A stretch of DNA of 64,000 nt from Trichoplax adhaerens. Its lineage: Eukaryota; Animalia; Placozoa. Both the position numbers and the translations under genes were made by a program. The stretch is from contig NW_002060954.1 of assembly GCF_000150275.1 (NCBI RefSeq), positions 372,001 to 436,000 on the forward strand, written 5' to 3'. Under the pieces are notes generated by a model. The model searched no databases and was not told where the DNA came from. It saw nothing but the letters and a program-made list of their open reading frames with translations. Every line of letters begins with the position of its first letter. The stretch's first letter is position 1. Shown piece by piece: positions 23,841 to 37,116 of this stretch.

Positions 23841-26800
23841 ATGGATAAGATAGTGGAGAACTTTCAGGAGCTAGTAAGTTTTATAACTAATTGACATATA
23901 TTTTCGTGCCGTATATTAACCACTGTGACTCTGTAATATATAGTGCAGTGGTACAGTACATGTACAGTACAGTATAGTACGATGAGAAATAAATAAAAAA
24001 GTCAAGGAATACTCGTATACTTTTAGCAGTCCTGATGCAAATTATATCTCTTAATCTCTGTATAGTAGTCTTGTGGCTAGTTGAACTGACCCGTTATCAC
24101 TTTGGCAACTTTCAGATAACCAGTTATGATGAACGCCTTAAACAAATCTCTAAGCGAAAAGAAAATCAATTCTTTATTGCTTATGGACCATCAAATGACT
24201 CGGTACTGTAGCATACGTATGATATACTAAAAAGAGTCAAGAAAATTATTTTTATCATTTCGTTGTTGATCTGATGTTACAACGATTTAATTTCTAAATA
24301 ATCAATTTTTTCTCTACTGTTATATAACGGGACGGAAATATAGCTTCTTTTGTATCGACAATTACAAAGATTAGAAGATCAGAGGAAGTTATTCACGTCT
24401 TTATTCGAAGATTATAAACAATTAAAGGAGGAGCAAGGAGTAAGACCTGATTTTTAATACAAAGTTAACTAGTTACCAGGACAAAAATAGCAAACCTGTC
24501 ACTCCTGTACAGTAGTATGCACGAGTAATATATATATTTATTACTAAGTACAGTATTTGTTATCTGCAATATAATTACACACGTTACGACGTTCCTTAAG
24601 ACGCTTTACAGAATTGACAGTTAGTATACCGATATACGTTTCTTAATGTATCCGTTTAGTTTTTAAATAGAGAAACTTGCGTAATTCTCTTATAGCGGGC
24701 AACAGATTCTCATGATGAATGCCATAACATCTTTCAGATCTTCGCAGAAAGGTTAGCTGCTCTATCTGACGAAACAAGCTCCAAGGCTAGAGAAATAATT
24801 CAACGCTTTTGCCGTCAAACTGTGAGGAAGAAAGCCTAATTGATGAATAACTTGATTACTGGCTATATCATATTTCTATATCACAAACCGTGCAAAAGAG
24901 CTTCATTTTGGGATTAACCATTGAAGTATTTTACACATTTATCTAATTCTGTGATACTAAATACTCTAATCTATTACGAACTACTGTGTAGGTAACTGAA
25001 TCAGCAACAAAGAAAAATGCATTAATAAATGAAATAGATAATAAATGTAAAGGTAAAGCCCGTATTTCGTATTGCAGTTGGTTAAATGCAATAATCTGAA
25101 TAATTAAGAAAGATGTGAATAATTGTATTAACGTTTTGCTAGTAGTACCTTAATCTTCACGTAGAAATCGTAAATACACCTGAAAATCAGATGAACTCTA
25201 ATAAATTTAAAGATTTGCAATCAAAATTATTTATTGATGAGATACAGCAGTGGAGAAATTTGTCATTTGCTCGCTATGAAATCCAGCTCTATTCATTGTT
25301 TTGTTTTTGTGTTCAACCATTCAGACTTGATCGTGCTATTTTTAAGTATCTTACATTCAGTTCTTTCTACGGTGTATACGAGTATGAGCTTGTAAAGTTC
25401 ATTAAATATTTCTGTCTTTCATATGTACGATTTATACGAAATCTTTAGTATCAGGAGAATATGTAACGCATCCAGAAGATTGGGTCGATGATAATAAATT
25501 CGTAAGATTAGTGAAAGTTTACATCTAGATCTTGAAATGTACAATAGTAGAGAAGAAATACATTCGAGTGCATTTTACGTTGATCAATTGCGCTGACAGA
25601 TTTCTTATTATCACATTTTGTTAGGCTCTAGGAAAAATTGCAAGGAATAATGAAATCAGTTAAGTTTTGTGCACAATGTATTATATTCCAATGCCCTAAA
25701 AATATATACATTTTCGGATCTGACTATACTGTATACACACATAAACTCCTATATACCCTATATGCTAGTGTAACTTCTACAATGTATTCATTTTGATCTT
25801 ATTTCTTGGTGCACTATATAAAATGGTCCATATCTAGAAAAATGTAAGCGTAGTAAAAAGTTATTCGTAGCAGTTAGTCAGGAGGAATTTCTTTCTGTTT
25901 CGCCACTTGTACGTGGTCGTTTGAAGGTGGACGAAATAAACAAGGTTACTAATAGATTATTTAAACTTTTGTGCTTGAAATCTTAATGTATAGAAACTGA
26001 AGTCGAATGGTTAAAAATTTTGACAGATTTACTTTATTTAATCCTATTAAATAGGTATATAGAGTAATTTTCGATCATCTCTCCAAATGTAAACCAAGGT
26101 TTGTACATTTATTAGTATTTGTCTAGTTCTGTTGTTTTACTATTCTACTCTACAGTATTAGTAAGGGCAAATATATGGCTATGCATGAGCAATTTGACAT
26201 GCTACTATATAGATTAAATTAAATTTTTTTAGCAGCGCCTCATTGACGGTTAAAGAAATTGAAAGCTTAGGGTTAAGAGTAAGCGGAGCAACTGGAGCCG
26301 CAAAGCTTAAGGTAGAGTAGCTAAATAAATGCGTAATTATGGTACATTAGAAGAAATTGATTGTAGGTGGACTTCCTGCTTATGTACCAATACTTTAGAT
26401 AGATTTTAATTGCAATGATATTAACGTGAATGCAGTTGTTTCAATTTTGTCTGGGTCTGAAAGTCATGAGCCCTGCAATAACATAGATCACTTTAATTAT
26501 TCTAGAAATTCATGAAATGTATTAGATTGATAACAGTTGATCTAAATATTCGATGGTACGCGATACGTACCTAAGACCTAACTTATATTACAGTTGGTAT
26601 TAGCATGCAAGTGTTATTCAGTAAATATAACGATTACAAATTGCCGGTAAATTTAAATAATTATGCTACCCATCGGAGATTTATTATATAAGATAATAAA
26701 CGATTAAAACTAATTTCTTAATAACTGTCTTGATGACAGTAAGTAATTAGCACAATTGCCGTTACAATACTGTACATACATAAATTCAATGTTTTGCGAA

Positions 26801-26992
26801 CAAGACAAATAAATGGTGTGCGTATTTGACATCTGGTCAATTTACAATGTTAATCTCTCTCAGAGTCAATGGATTCTCTATTATACTTTGTTTGGTCTAA
26901 CCCAATTGTGATTTTTTCACTTCAAGGTCTTGCGTGCTCTAAAAATAGTGACCTTTAATAATCATGGTCCTGTCAAACTTGTTACTGGCTAA
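23841..26992 (+). CDS. SKA2: Spindle and kinetochore-associated protein 2-like, long form with a C-terminal Ska1-like domain
   Basis: About 12 small exons. N-terminal MDKIVENFQEL|ITSYDERLKQISKRKENQFF...DS|LLLYRQLQRLEDQRKLFTSLFEDYKQLKEEQG aligns by eye to the human SKA2 coiled coil (MEAEVDKLELMF...LDYIQYRLE...LLKEL...VEQK). C-terminal FVAVSQEEFLSVSPLVRGRLKVDEINK|VYRVIFDHL...LTVKEIESLGLRVSGATGAAKLK|VLRALKIVTF...* resembles the start of the Ska1 microtubule-binding domain. Middle exons (25165-25656) are less certain. Confidence 0.75.
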
Positions 26993-29899
26993 ACTCCCTA
27001 TTAGCAATGCTAAATAACGAGTAGAATTAGATACGAAATACTTGGATATAACTTACAGAGCTAGCGTGAAATACTGTATATTGCTGCGTTTGATCGCAAA
27101 CGGTATTCCACTATTCAATAAATTCTCACGATAGCTTGACTGTCGTATGCTTAATATAGTACGTATGAATAGTATTTGTACCATTCAGAAATTTATAGTC
27201 ATACTGATAATAATAAATGCCATGTAATTCAATAGCGTTTACACGTGCAATAGCAAATTGCTTATAACTCTTTATTGATTCCCTAAATTTGACGCTGCTT
27301 TAACATTTATGTTATTTTATTACATTGTAATATTCATCAAGACATTACCTACTCGATTAAAGCTATTTATTTTATTTTATTCTCGCTTTTATGTCTCGCA
27401 AGTAATTGTTTCGAAAAGTTATACGACCACGATCGATAACTTATCACCTGTAAAAGCTTAGGTTTAACTATTAGCTAGTCACGACTTTCCAGCCATTAAA
27501 AAGAGTGGCGATGAGTGTGGAATGTGTGAAACTGCGTATATATATATACTCGTCTTCATATCACTTTTGCCAAATAAGCGAAAAGACCATGTTCTAATAG
27601 AATTATGGCAGATCTGCTATTAGGCACCCAAAGTCAAGATTTGAATTAATTGTTGATCTATTAATTTATCTAAATTTGTTACAGTAAAGAACGATAATCT
27701 GCTCTTGCATTCATAGGATTAAGATCAAGTAGCCAAATCATGACAGCATTTATTACAATTATCTTTATAATGAACTAAGAAATATTATTAATTTTAATCA
27801 ATTACGATCAATTTAAGCAATCCTCGTAAACTACAGTAAGTACTAATATGAGAAATTACTAGCTCAAATCATTTTACTGCGATGACTGACTACGTTGTAC
27901 TTGTAATCTACAACTGGTATTAATATGACACAATTAGGTTCTTTTTAACGTTTACGTATTTTATAAAACCTAATGGTCATGACCTCAAAAGCCTAACAAT
28001 GCAATTACTGAAAGATGATAGACTTTGATAGATGAAAGGACGATATTTTCCTACTACGATGAACTAGTGTTATTAGAAGCTATTACAGGGCATACAGTAA
28101 TTATTTAATTTTATTTTAATAATGGCTGTAAGCACTTTCAACAATGTCCAATCCATAATACGCGTATAATAATAAATTAAATCATATGCAATGTACAGTA
28201 TATTGGTTACTTATTATTTACCATGGACTTCCGTTTTGATTTATCATCAATATTCTACATCAAATTTGTAGCTACAAGAAATTCGTCCACCTGTCGTCAA
28301 TGATAAAAACTAGTTAACAATATAACTACAAGACATTACAACTGAGGATTAACATACCAAGAAATAATGGATAGATTGGCAAATGATTGTATATGATGCA
28401 ATCAACCGTCTGTTTCTAATTTATTCATTTTAACTGCTTTGTCTCGTCTTTTAATCTTCATATAATGATATAAACAAATATATTACTCACAAGATGATAA
28501 ACAGCCGGCAAACTGTTTAGTGATAAAGAAAGTATAATAATACAGTAGTTAGTTACGGTTACCGCCTCAATTAACAATAGTGATGTATTTCGATTGTATT
28601 AAATTAATATCGATTATATTCAGCTCATTTTATACCATCTAAGATCACAATGTTTTATGCTTACTTTAAACGTGGTAATCTTTAGAAAGTTCAATATTAT
28701 TATCGAAGAATATAGGGTTTAATTTACAATAACATCGATATACGGGCTTATTAATCATAAATATTAACATTGATTGAATGTAATTAAGAAGTCTATATTA
28801 ATTGCTTACCGTTAAGTCCCATTAATAAATATATAATCTAGGTCTCCAATAGGCTCTGCACCTCTAAATTTTTGTTTACACATCTAACTGCCTTTTCCAT
28901 TAACCAGCGGATAAAGGAGTGAGCTAATAACCCAAATTAAGAATATCTTTATAACAGTACCCAAGTACCGTACCATAGCGTATTCTTGTGCATTTAAACA
29001 AGAAAAAATGCCCGGTAATCACAATCACTCATGAAAATCAGTTACAGCTAATTCATATTATAGATAGCATTATTACATTTCCAGCTTTAATATTTGTAGC
29101 TTGGACGATTTTTCTATTTGTTGTCATAGTTAGTCAACAATTCTACCTTTATTAATAATAACTTTGTCATTATTGTATTGATTATTGTGATTAAAAGTTG
29201 ACTTCTAGCAAACAGATGTTTGTTATCAATGTGTAGGCCATGCTAATCAGTAGGTGGTCTAGGCTAACAAATCTAGTTCATTTAATGACATTAGATAATA
29301 GATTTACTGATTACCTAAAAATTATTTTTAATTGCATACAATAATCGTATTCACCTTCTACCTAATTGTAATCATGTGCTATTCTTGCTCATAATATTTT
29401 TCGTATCCTGAAGCATTATTATTCTGACGTCTATTAAAATATCACTTAAATGTTTATCAGTGAAAAGGAAGCGAGATATCTAACATCTAAACACTTTGGA
29501 AGTGATTTTGTGCTGTGAAATTTTTCTATGCTTTATATTCTTGAAGATAGTTTTGATTCCCGTTACGATTTTAGCGATTTAATAATATAATCTGATCATA
29601 TATTATCGATTTGAATCAGTCATATATCATCATCCGTAAGTAAATAAGCAATCAATGAAAAAATTTCACTTAAATTTACAAAAAGCCATCCTTAAAATAA
29701 GTTATTATGATACGTGGAGGAATAGTAACGTAGAACATGATGATCTTTTGGAGTAGAATTATTCAAATAGGCATCATCGGAAACTAAAATATGGAATTTC
29801 ATCTCCAGTGCTCCAGTGTTGCATTTCTATAGTTTATGTATATGATTAAATAATTCAGGGTTAACTAAAGGTTCTACTATTTCTTACGAACGATAATAC

Positions 29900-30006
29900 C
29901 AAGGACTACAGAAGAAAAAGTTAAAATGACCAGCAAAAAAGTTGGCCCTGACATTTTTGTCGGTGAAAAGTTGCTTCTTGCCCCTCTCTTTCTTCAGTAG
30001 TCCCTG
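29900..30006. mobile_element. 107-bp MITE with 18-bp imperfect TIRs (CA(A/G)GGACTAC(A/T)GAAGAAA)
   Basis: caaggactacagaagaaa ... tttcttcagtagtccctg (16/18 complementary), flanked by ataatac and tcaatac (7-bp TSD-like, 5/7). Confidence 0.65.
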
Positions 30007-31160
30007 TCAATACTAGCCTTTGTAATAAATATAATCAATTAAAAACTAAGCCATACAACTCACAGCTTGCTACATCGTATAATTATAGTAATAAGAAAAG
30101 TATTAGTTAGTACTAACAGTTCTTTCCCTGATAAATGCAACTCATGCTGGAAACTGTCCAACCGTCGTTGCTAAGACCGCAAATAGTCCCCATTTCAATT
30201 TGGGCTAAGCTGCTGCATAGATAAGGAGCAATAAATATTACAAAAATCTGAGATGTAATATTGATATATTAAGAAAATACAAATGAATAATTTACGATAA
30301 GATGTAATAAAGGCGAATCAAAATATTTCTCTAATCTTCACTAAACAGTATTAACAATGATACAATAAAAATTTACTGAATTTGATAAAAATGAGGGCAA
30401 AAACGAGAACATTTATAAATAATGAGATACATCTAATTTTTATCGATTTTAATTGGTGCAAACACATGCAAAAAACTGTAATCATTAATTGTTATCAATT
30501 TATCACTTCAACGAATAACGTGTTTTTTAATCGTCTTATCTTACCAAGAAAAATTATTACGGTCTCAATGAACTATCACTATCAAACTATGGCATATCTA
30601 GCACCCGTTACCATGATATTTAAGTAATCACTACTATTTTAAAAATATGCTACTATTGTAATAGGTTTCAAAGGTATTATCCCCCTGCTAATTATATTCA
30701 GATCAATTAGCGTTTTATGTTATTACTCATCGTTGTTTATATTTGATGTGTTCGTGAGTTTCTGTGTTGATTTCAGCCTTTGCAGTGATCCAGCCTTCTA
30801 TTTTGTGCTTTAATTTTAAATCAATTTTATACATTAATATTCGTAATTATTTCCGTAGGGTAAAAACTTTAAACTATCTTCAGTGTATAGTACATACTAG
30901 CCTATCACTTAAAATTATTTTTCAATTCTATTGTCTAATCTTGTATTCACCTAAACCCTTATTCATGATTAAGTAATCCTAGACTTAAATTGTAATTTTA
31001 ATATTACGGTTTTATTAGAAACTTTTCTTCGGTCAATTTGTAATTGGTATTCGCATTCATTGTATCTCATTAACATTAATAATTCTAATATTTCTTAAAC
31101 AATTAGTATCAGCACTGCTAAAGATAGCTGTCGAATACTGTTAATTATAATAAGTATGTC

Positions 31161-31255
31161 TGTTACGGCCAATGGTAGCAATCAAGTCATTGCTGGTGTT
31201 AGCAAATCAGTTAGCCATTACCGGTAATTCTGTAATCCCAACATTGGCCATAACA
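31161..31255. repeat. 95-bp inverted-repeat element with TGT...ACA ends
   Basis: tgttacggccaatg (31161-31174) and cattggccataaca (31242-31255) are 13/14 complementary. Inside are an agcaat/attgct hairpin and the palindrome attaccggtaat. Confidence 0.55.
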
Positions 31256-34200
31256 TATCCATAACTAAGTCTGTAGTAAAAATATCTACATGAATACTAA
31301 TACCATAGAAAGGAGATGTTAAAATCTATGATCCAGGAAATTTATCGCTTACAGACGTCGGATAATACTAGATATAAGCAGATTTATGCTCAATGCTTCA
31401 GTAACTTTAAGAAATACAAGTAAATTACCGGTAAGATGACAGTATTAGTTTTGATTATACCGTGTAAAATAACAAGCGCGATAGAGCCGCCAATACTTAT
31501 ATTGTTATGCCGTGGTCATATATTAGAATACTCATAGACTTTCCTACTATGGTCCCATAACCTAAATCGTAAGAGAAATTCGAAAGTCATAACGCTAGTT
31601 ATAACTATGATAATAAATTAGCCTATGCTAACCGTTTATCTAATATAAGAGGATCTATTTTATCTATCTCAAGATCCCATTTAGGAGCGATGTAATTAAC
31701 AGACATGACGAATAAGAAAATTAATATATCGATTTTACGTTTCATACCTTTAAATTACCTTAGAATGAAATATATAATAAGAGATTTAGGCGTAATCAAC
31801 GTTATGATCTAGATAGTTGGGCAGTTACTACGAGACTAAATTTAATTAGTCCTTGAGAAATCCAATCAAGCAGCTGTAATAAATTTACAGGATATGAATA
31901 GCCGAGACGAAATTTTAGCTTTCATCGATAAGTTTGTAGTAATTTACGTGAATACCGCATTTGTAATGTAGCTGTATTGCCTACTGTATAGGACAATACA
32001 TGTCGTATTTAGCTTTGATCTAAACCTCGTAGAAGTGAATACAATGGTGTCTATAAAGACTTCCCTAGATGTTCTAATCTTAGTAGACTGATATCTAGGT
32101 TGACAATAACTAACTATAATAGAAAGACAGAAATACTTGTTACGAGAAGCAGTTAGCATTACGCAACGGTCAATATGATTAAGACCACCCCATCACCTTT
32201 CAAGATAATCGTTTAGCATCCTCTATACCACTAATTTAGCAAACAGTAATACACTTGTCCTGCAATCTATTATCTATAAAATATCGTCATACAATTTCTA
32301 ATCATTCTGATAATTTGCTATATTGGTTGAACCGTTTACCTATTTCATTTAAACATGTTGCTCGTTACACTACTCCATTAAAATTGATAACGTAAGCTGA
32401 TTTAGCATGTATAGTATTAGAATAATCTGAATCACATAGGCGGTGCCTAGAAGTACAGCAAGTCTAATAAGTGTGAATATGCAAAGGTATGCGCAAGTTT
32501 GATGCTAACTGGAAATTAGTAAGATAAATGTACAGTACAGGGAAGCGACGGCATCATTTACGGTTACTGAGTGAATAAGCAACCAAGTTAACGGAAGAAT
32601 ATCTAATAGACCATTAATATCGAATAATAGATCATTAATGGATTACCGTACTAACAAGAAAATAGGGTATAGATAGAAAGTTGCAGTAAAATACTGCAGT
32701 ATTGCAGCTTATCAAATATGACAGAATTATCCTCGAGAGTCATTTCAAATAAGCAGAAAGACTATCATAACATGAATTATTAATGATTTTTTGACTATAT
32801 AAAAAGATTGGCCAATGTTTTACAATAAGAATGATCAAGTAATAGTAACGAAAAGAAATATGCGCCTAAAAATAATTTCTGCACCAGTAAGTGAGTTTTA
32901 GACCATAGAGTATAGGATGAATTTTTACCTGCACAGGAAACAATTTTCTGTCAGGCCAGCTTTTGCAATTATTAATTATTTCTGACAAATCATAAGGACA
33001 AACATTAAATAAAACTGGATTATGTTTACACCTACATAAGCTCTCTCACGGTCGAATACACATCACCCTTTTTAGTCATACACGCAGCGCAAATAAAGTT
33101 ACAATTTTGTCTAATAAGAATACACAGTCAATTAAGACGACTGGTATTTTACTGTTATTATAGTACCTCCTGAAATCCTTTGATATAAGTTTATTATTGT
33201 GCTTGTAAGCCTTATTTATTAGCATACATTTGCGAAAATAAAGATTCAAAAATGGAGATCGATTCAAGTCATAATTTTATGTAGTACTTGCTTGCTTTAC
33301 ATGTGAGTATACATTACTTTCTGTAAAATTACATGTTCAACCCTCAAGTGCTAAGTATGCGTAAGGCCTGGAGTGGAGTTTAATTCCTGTTCATTTAAAT
33401 ATATACTAGTGCAAACTCCCGTCGCTTTGCTGACGGTTTACGATAATGTGCTCATTTAACAGATAGTATTACCATTTGATAGACCTGTCAGATTTCAATA
33501 TTGTGCAGTAAATCTTATAACATTGAAATTCATAAGATTCGAAGCGCTAGGAAATAATTATGGTACACTCTAATACGTTACAATAAGTGCCTATTAGATC
33601 CTGGCAGTGCCGTACCCTGAAAATCATGATTGAATTAAAGTTTTAAGATATAAATTCTAGAAAACTTCGATCGACAAGATAGAGCGGATTTAATAATTAC
33701 AGTATCACGGCAATATCTAATTGTATAGTAAGTATTGCTTAGCAGTAGACAAGAACATTATTTATAAATTGTTTATCGATGATTTTATGATCAGCGAAAA
33801 CCCTTAAATATTATGTAGTATTATGGTCGTTAGTGATTTAACTATAATAAATTAATATGAATTGGTAAATCTAAGATTGCTATATCTTTACCTAATATGA
33901 ACATAGTTGGATAATAATCAACTTCGTAATCGTATATAGAAAAGGTTATATTTTGGTTTAACATAAACTATCCATGGTGTCCAAATTCAATTACACTCGT
34001 GATTGATAAAGCATTTGGAAAAATAAAAGCAAAAACATTACTTGTTTTGCTACGTAAATGTTTAAATTTGTTCCTTGATTTTGTTGTACAGTGAAGAATT
34101 AAAAAAATTCTATAGATAAAACAACATCTGATTGTCGGTTTGAAAAGCAAAACAACGACTTTATGATTTACATGTTCGTTCATTTCCTTGATGTTAATGA

Positions 34201-37116
34201 TCGGCCCTATTCGTCTTTCTCACATTACTTTAACATCTTGCACCTTTTAATTGTTAGTATTTAGATTATATATTATTTAATAATGTTTTCTACTATTGAA
34301 CGATATGCAATTCAATTTGCTATCAATAGCGATTTTTAAAGTTTTGATTAAATAGAAATTAGTAATTAAATAATACGAGTTATAAGGAAATAGCCCGAAT
34401 AAGACAATATTGGGCAGTGGATAACGAGAAATAATTGTAATATAAATTTATTTACCATACTCTCTGATAAATATTTTTGTCGTTTATACGTAACTGATAT
34501 TCGATGCATTATCGTATTTCGGATAAACTATTAGATTTGACTTTAGTTAAGCATCACTCACGATGAACAGCTAATTAGCACTAGAGTTTTTGCTACTCTT
34601 ATTTGATATTGCCATATTTTAATCTAGGTTACGGCTGCATGAAACAATTGAGAATGCCTAGGATAGGAACGATAATACACGTCTTATTATTCTTATTGTT
34701 TGATTTTCTGATTGATCATCTGTAGCTTGATTGAATATGCTCTACATAGCAACAGAATAAATCAAAATACGCTTACGCTAATGCACCAGAACAATTCGAT
34801 AAGGTTGCGTATCTTATATTAATAATTATATCAGCCGGAAAGATAGAAACACTGGACATAAACTTCATTATCTAATACCGCTATTTCTTGCAATAAATTT
34901 CTAGGTTCCTTTCACTTCTTTGCGTCATCTTTTTTTAGCAATATGAAGTAATACACTAATACAACCGCTGATTAGCTATTATTTGGTTGTTGTTCAACTT
35001 ACTATTGTCCTATTGTTATCTTGAAATGTGTCGAAATGCTACGCTAATTTTTTACGGCTGGGCAACTTTCACTTTATTTACTCGTTAACTTGATCATGTT
35101 AGCAGGGCATTTGTCAAGCGTTACAAGCATGATACTGGGAATACTCTTAGACCTCTATCTAGGATAAGTTTATTGTTAATATGATAAAATGACAGATTGT
35201 CGGAATAGTTGAATTACTATTTTTGCTGGTTATGATTAGGTGATTTGCTCCCTGTGGTGGCTAGTCAATCAACATCAATCAATAACTCTATTTGATCTTC
35301 ATCTATGCTATAGAAAATGTCGATGAAAGACTGTGATGTCCATTAGTACACCCTGCGATGCTATTGATTGCTATTATTGGTAAGAGGAAGAAGAGAGCGG
35401 TTTTAGTCTATAATTATTACAACATAACCATGTGAAAATAAAATTTCAAGAGTAAAAATTTATCAGAATAGCCAAATAGCTATTGTCATTCATTATCCTT
35501 TGTTAAAATAACTAAATTACCTTTATCCGTTTTAATTACTCTTTTTCTTCTGTTTGCATTAGACATCATGCCAATCATCATTATTAATTAAACAGTAGGA
35601 TTAAGTTTTATCCCAGTTACGTAACGAAATCAAAAATTAACATTTTTCCCCTTCTTTCTACTCATAACCACTGAAATAAATAGACTTAAATGATCATCTG
35701 TTCTCATCATTTCAACTACTGATTTTCCAGAGACAAGCTATAATCTCTCCGATAGTAACAAGCTAATATTTATTTTTACGTTTTCTTAGCTACTTTTTGT
35801 TCGTCTAAGATTATATATCAGGATTACTTAATCTTCTATCAAGATTTAATTTGCACCTTATTCCCGTGAAGTAACGAAGCTACATCCTTCATCTTAATCG
35901 GTTGATCTGTCATTTACCGTACTATTTAATTTAAAAAGGAAAATCTAATATAATAGAAATTTGGTGAGTGAGAATAAGTATGTGTGCTAAATCCGAAGGA
36001 AATTTTCTTGAAATTGCATCATCGGAATTGTATTTATTGCTCAGTTATTACAGTATTTTTTTTATCGCTCTTTAAATTTGATTAAACAAACCTATCTGTA
36101 AGTACCATCCATATCAAGATAAATTAAGTCTTTGAACGTAGCTTGATTCGATGAGGGCTACTTTCATTTTTTACCCTTTATTCCTGGTCACCCAAGATCA
36201 AAACGCGTTTTTAATCTATGTACTGAATAAAATTTGCTTACTTCTTTTCTAATCACTTAATGATGTCCAGTCATAGCAATGATAAATATTGAAGATACCT
36301 TCCTTGTAACCTCTGATTTATGCAAAGTTGATCGAACGTAATCTCTGAAATAAGGGATATGTATGGTAACACAAGGGTGATCGGCAACAGAAACTGTTAA
36401 ATGTATATATTTTAATAGTCAAACTGTTACTTACATCAATGCTTAACCTATTGTAATACAATTCTCTATTTCTATTTTGAATTTACTTACTACGAACAAC
36501 ATCGTAATAGTTGGGTAGTCCGTTACCCTAATGAGCCATATTATCTTGTTATTGAGTTCATTCAAGCTTATCCGATAAAATGAGTGTTAATTTATTTTCT
36601 TAGATTCCATCAATTTCTTATTATGCATTGAGATTATTATATTACGTCCATCATACTATTTACCAATACGTACCGGACTATATTATATATAAATTGAGTA
36701 AACATGGAAAAAGATTACTACTAACATGTTAAAATTTCGTTCGGATTGGTAACCCCTGTCAATATAAACTACACGTAGTTTCCAGTATAGTCTGAATTAT
36801 AAAAAATCGAATATTTTCTTGATTTTATTTCTGGCTAAAGCGCATTAAATGAGAGCTCATTTGTATGTAAACTTATGATTCAATTTCGAGAAATATTGAG
36901 TCTTCGCAATTTTCTTCATTTTTACGCCCAATTTGTATGGTAATTATCGTAGCTATTTCTTATACAGTTATGTTGTTTCTCTGTATTCCTTTACACATGA
37001 TTAAAGTGAGTACCGTACTTGGTATAATACTGTACAATAGTATATTGGTGTAATAAAACTTACTCGTTATCTTATTTCTGACTGCTAGCTACGAGCCCAT
37101 ACATAACTGGATCATC

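Noticed and set aside
26993-37088. Many WGATAR sites suggesting GATA autoregulation, plus short ORFs (30382, 30764, 31944, 33076, 33968)
   Set aside because: WGATAR is expected often at this AT content and I cannot show enrichment without counting. The ORFs have AT-driven I/F/L/Y/N composition and no splice or homology support.
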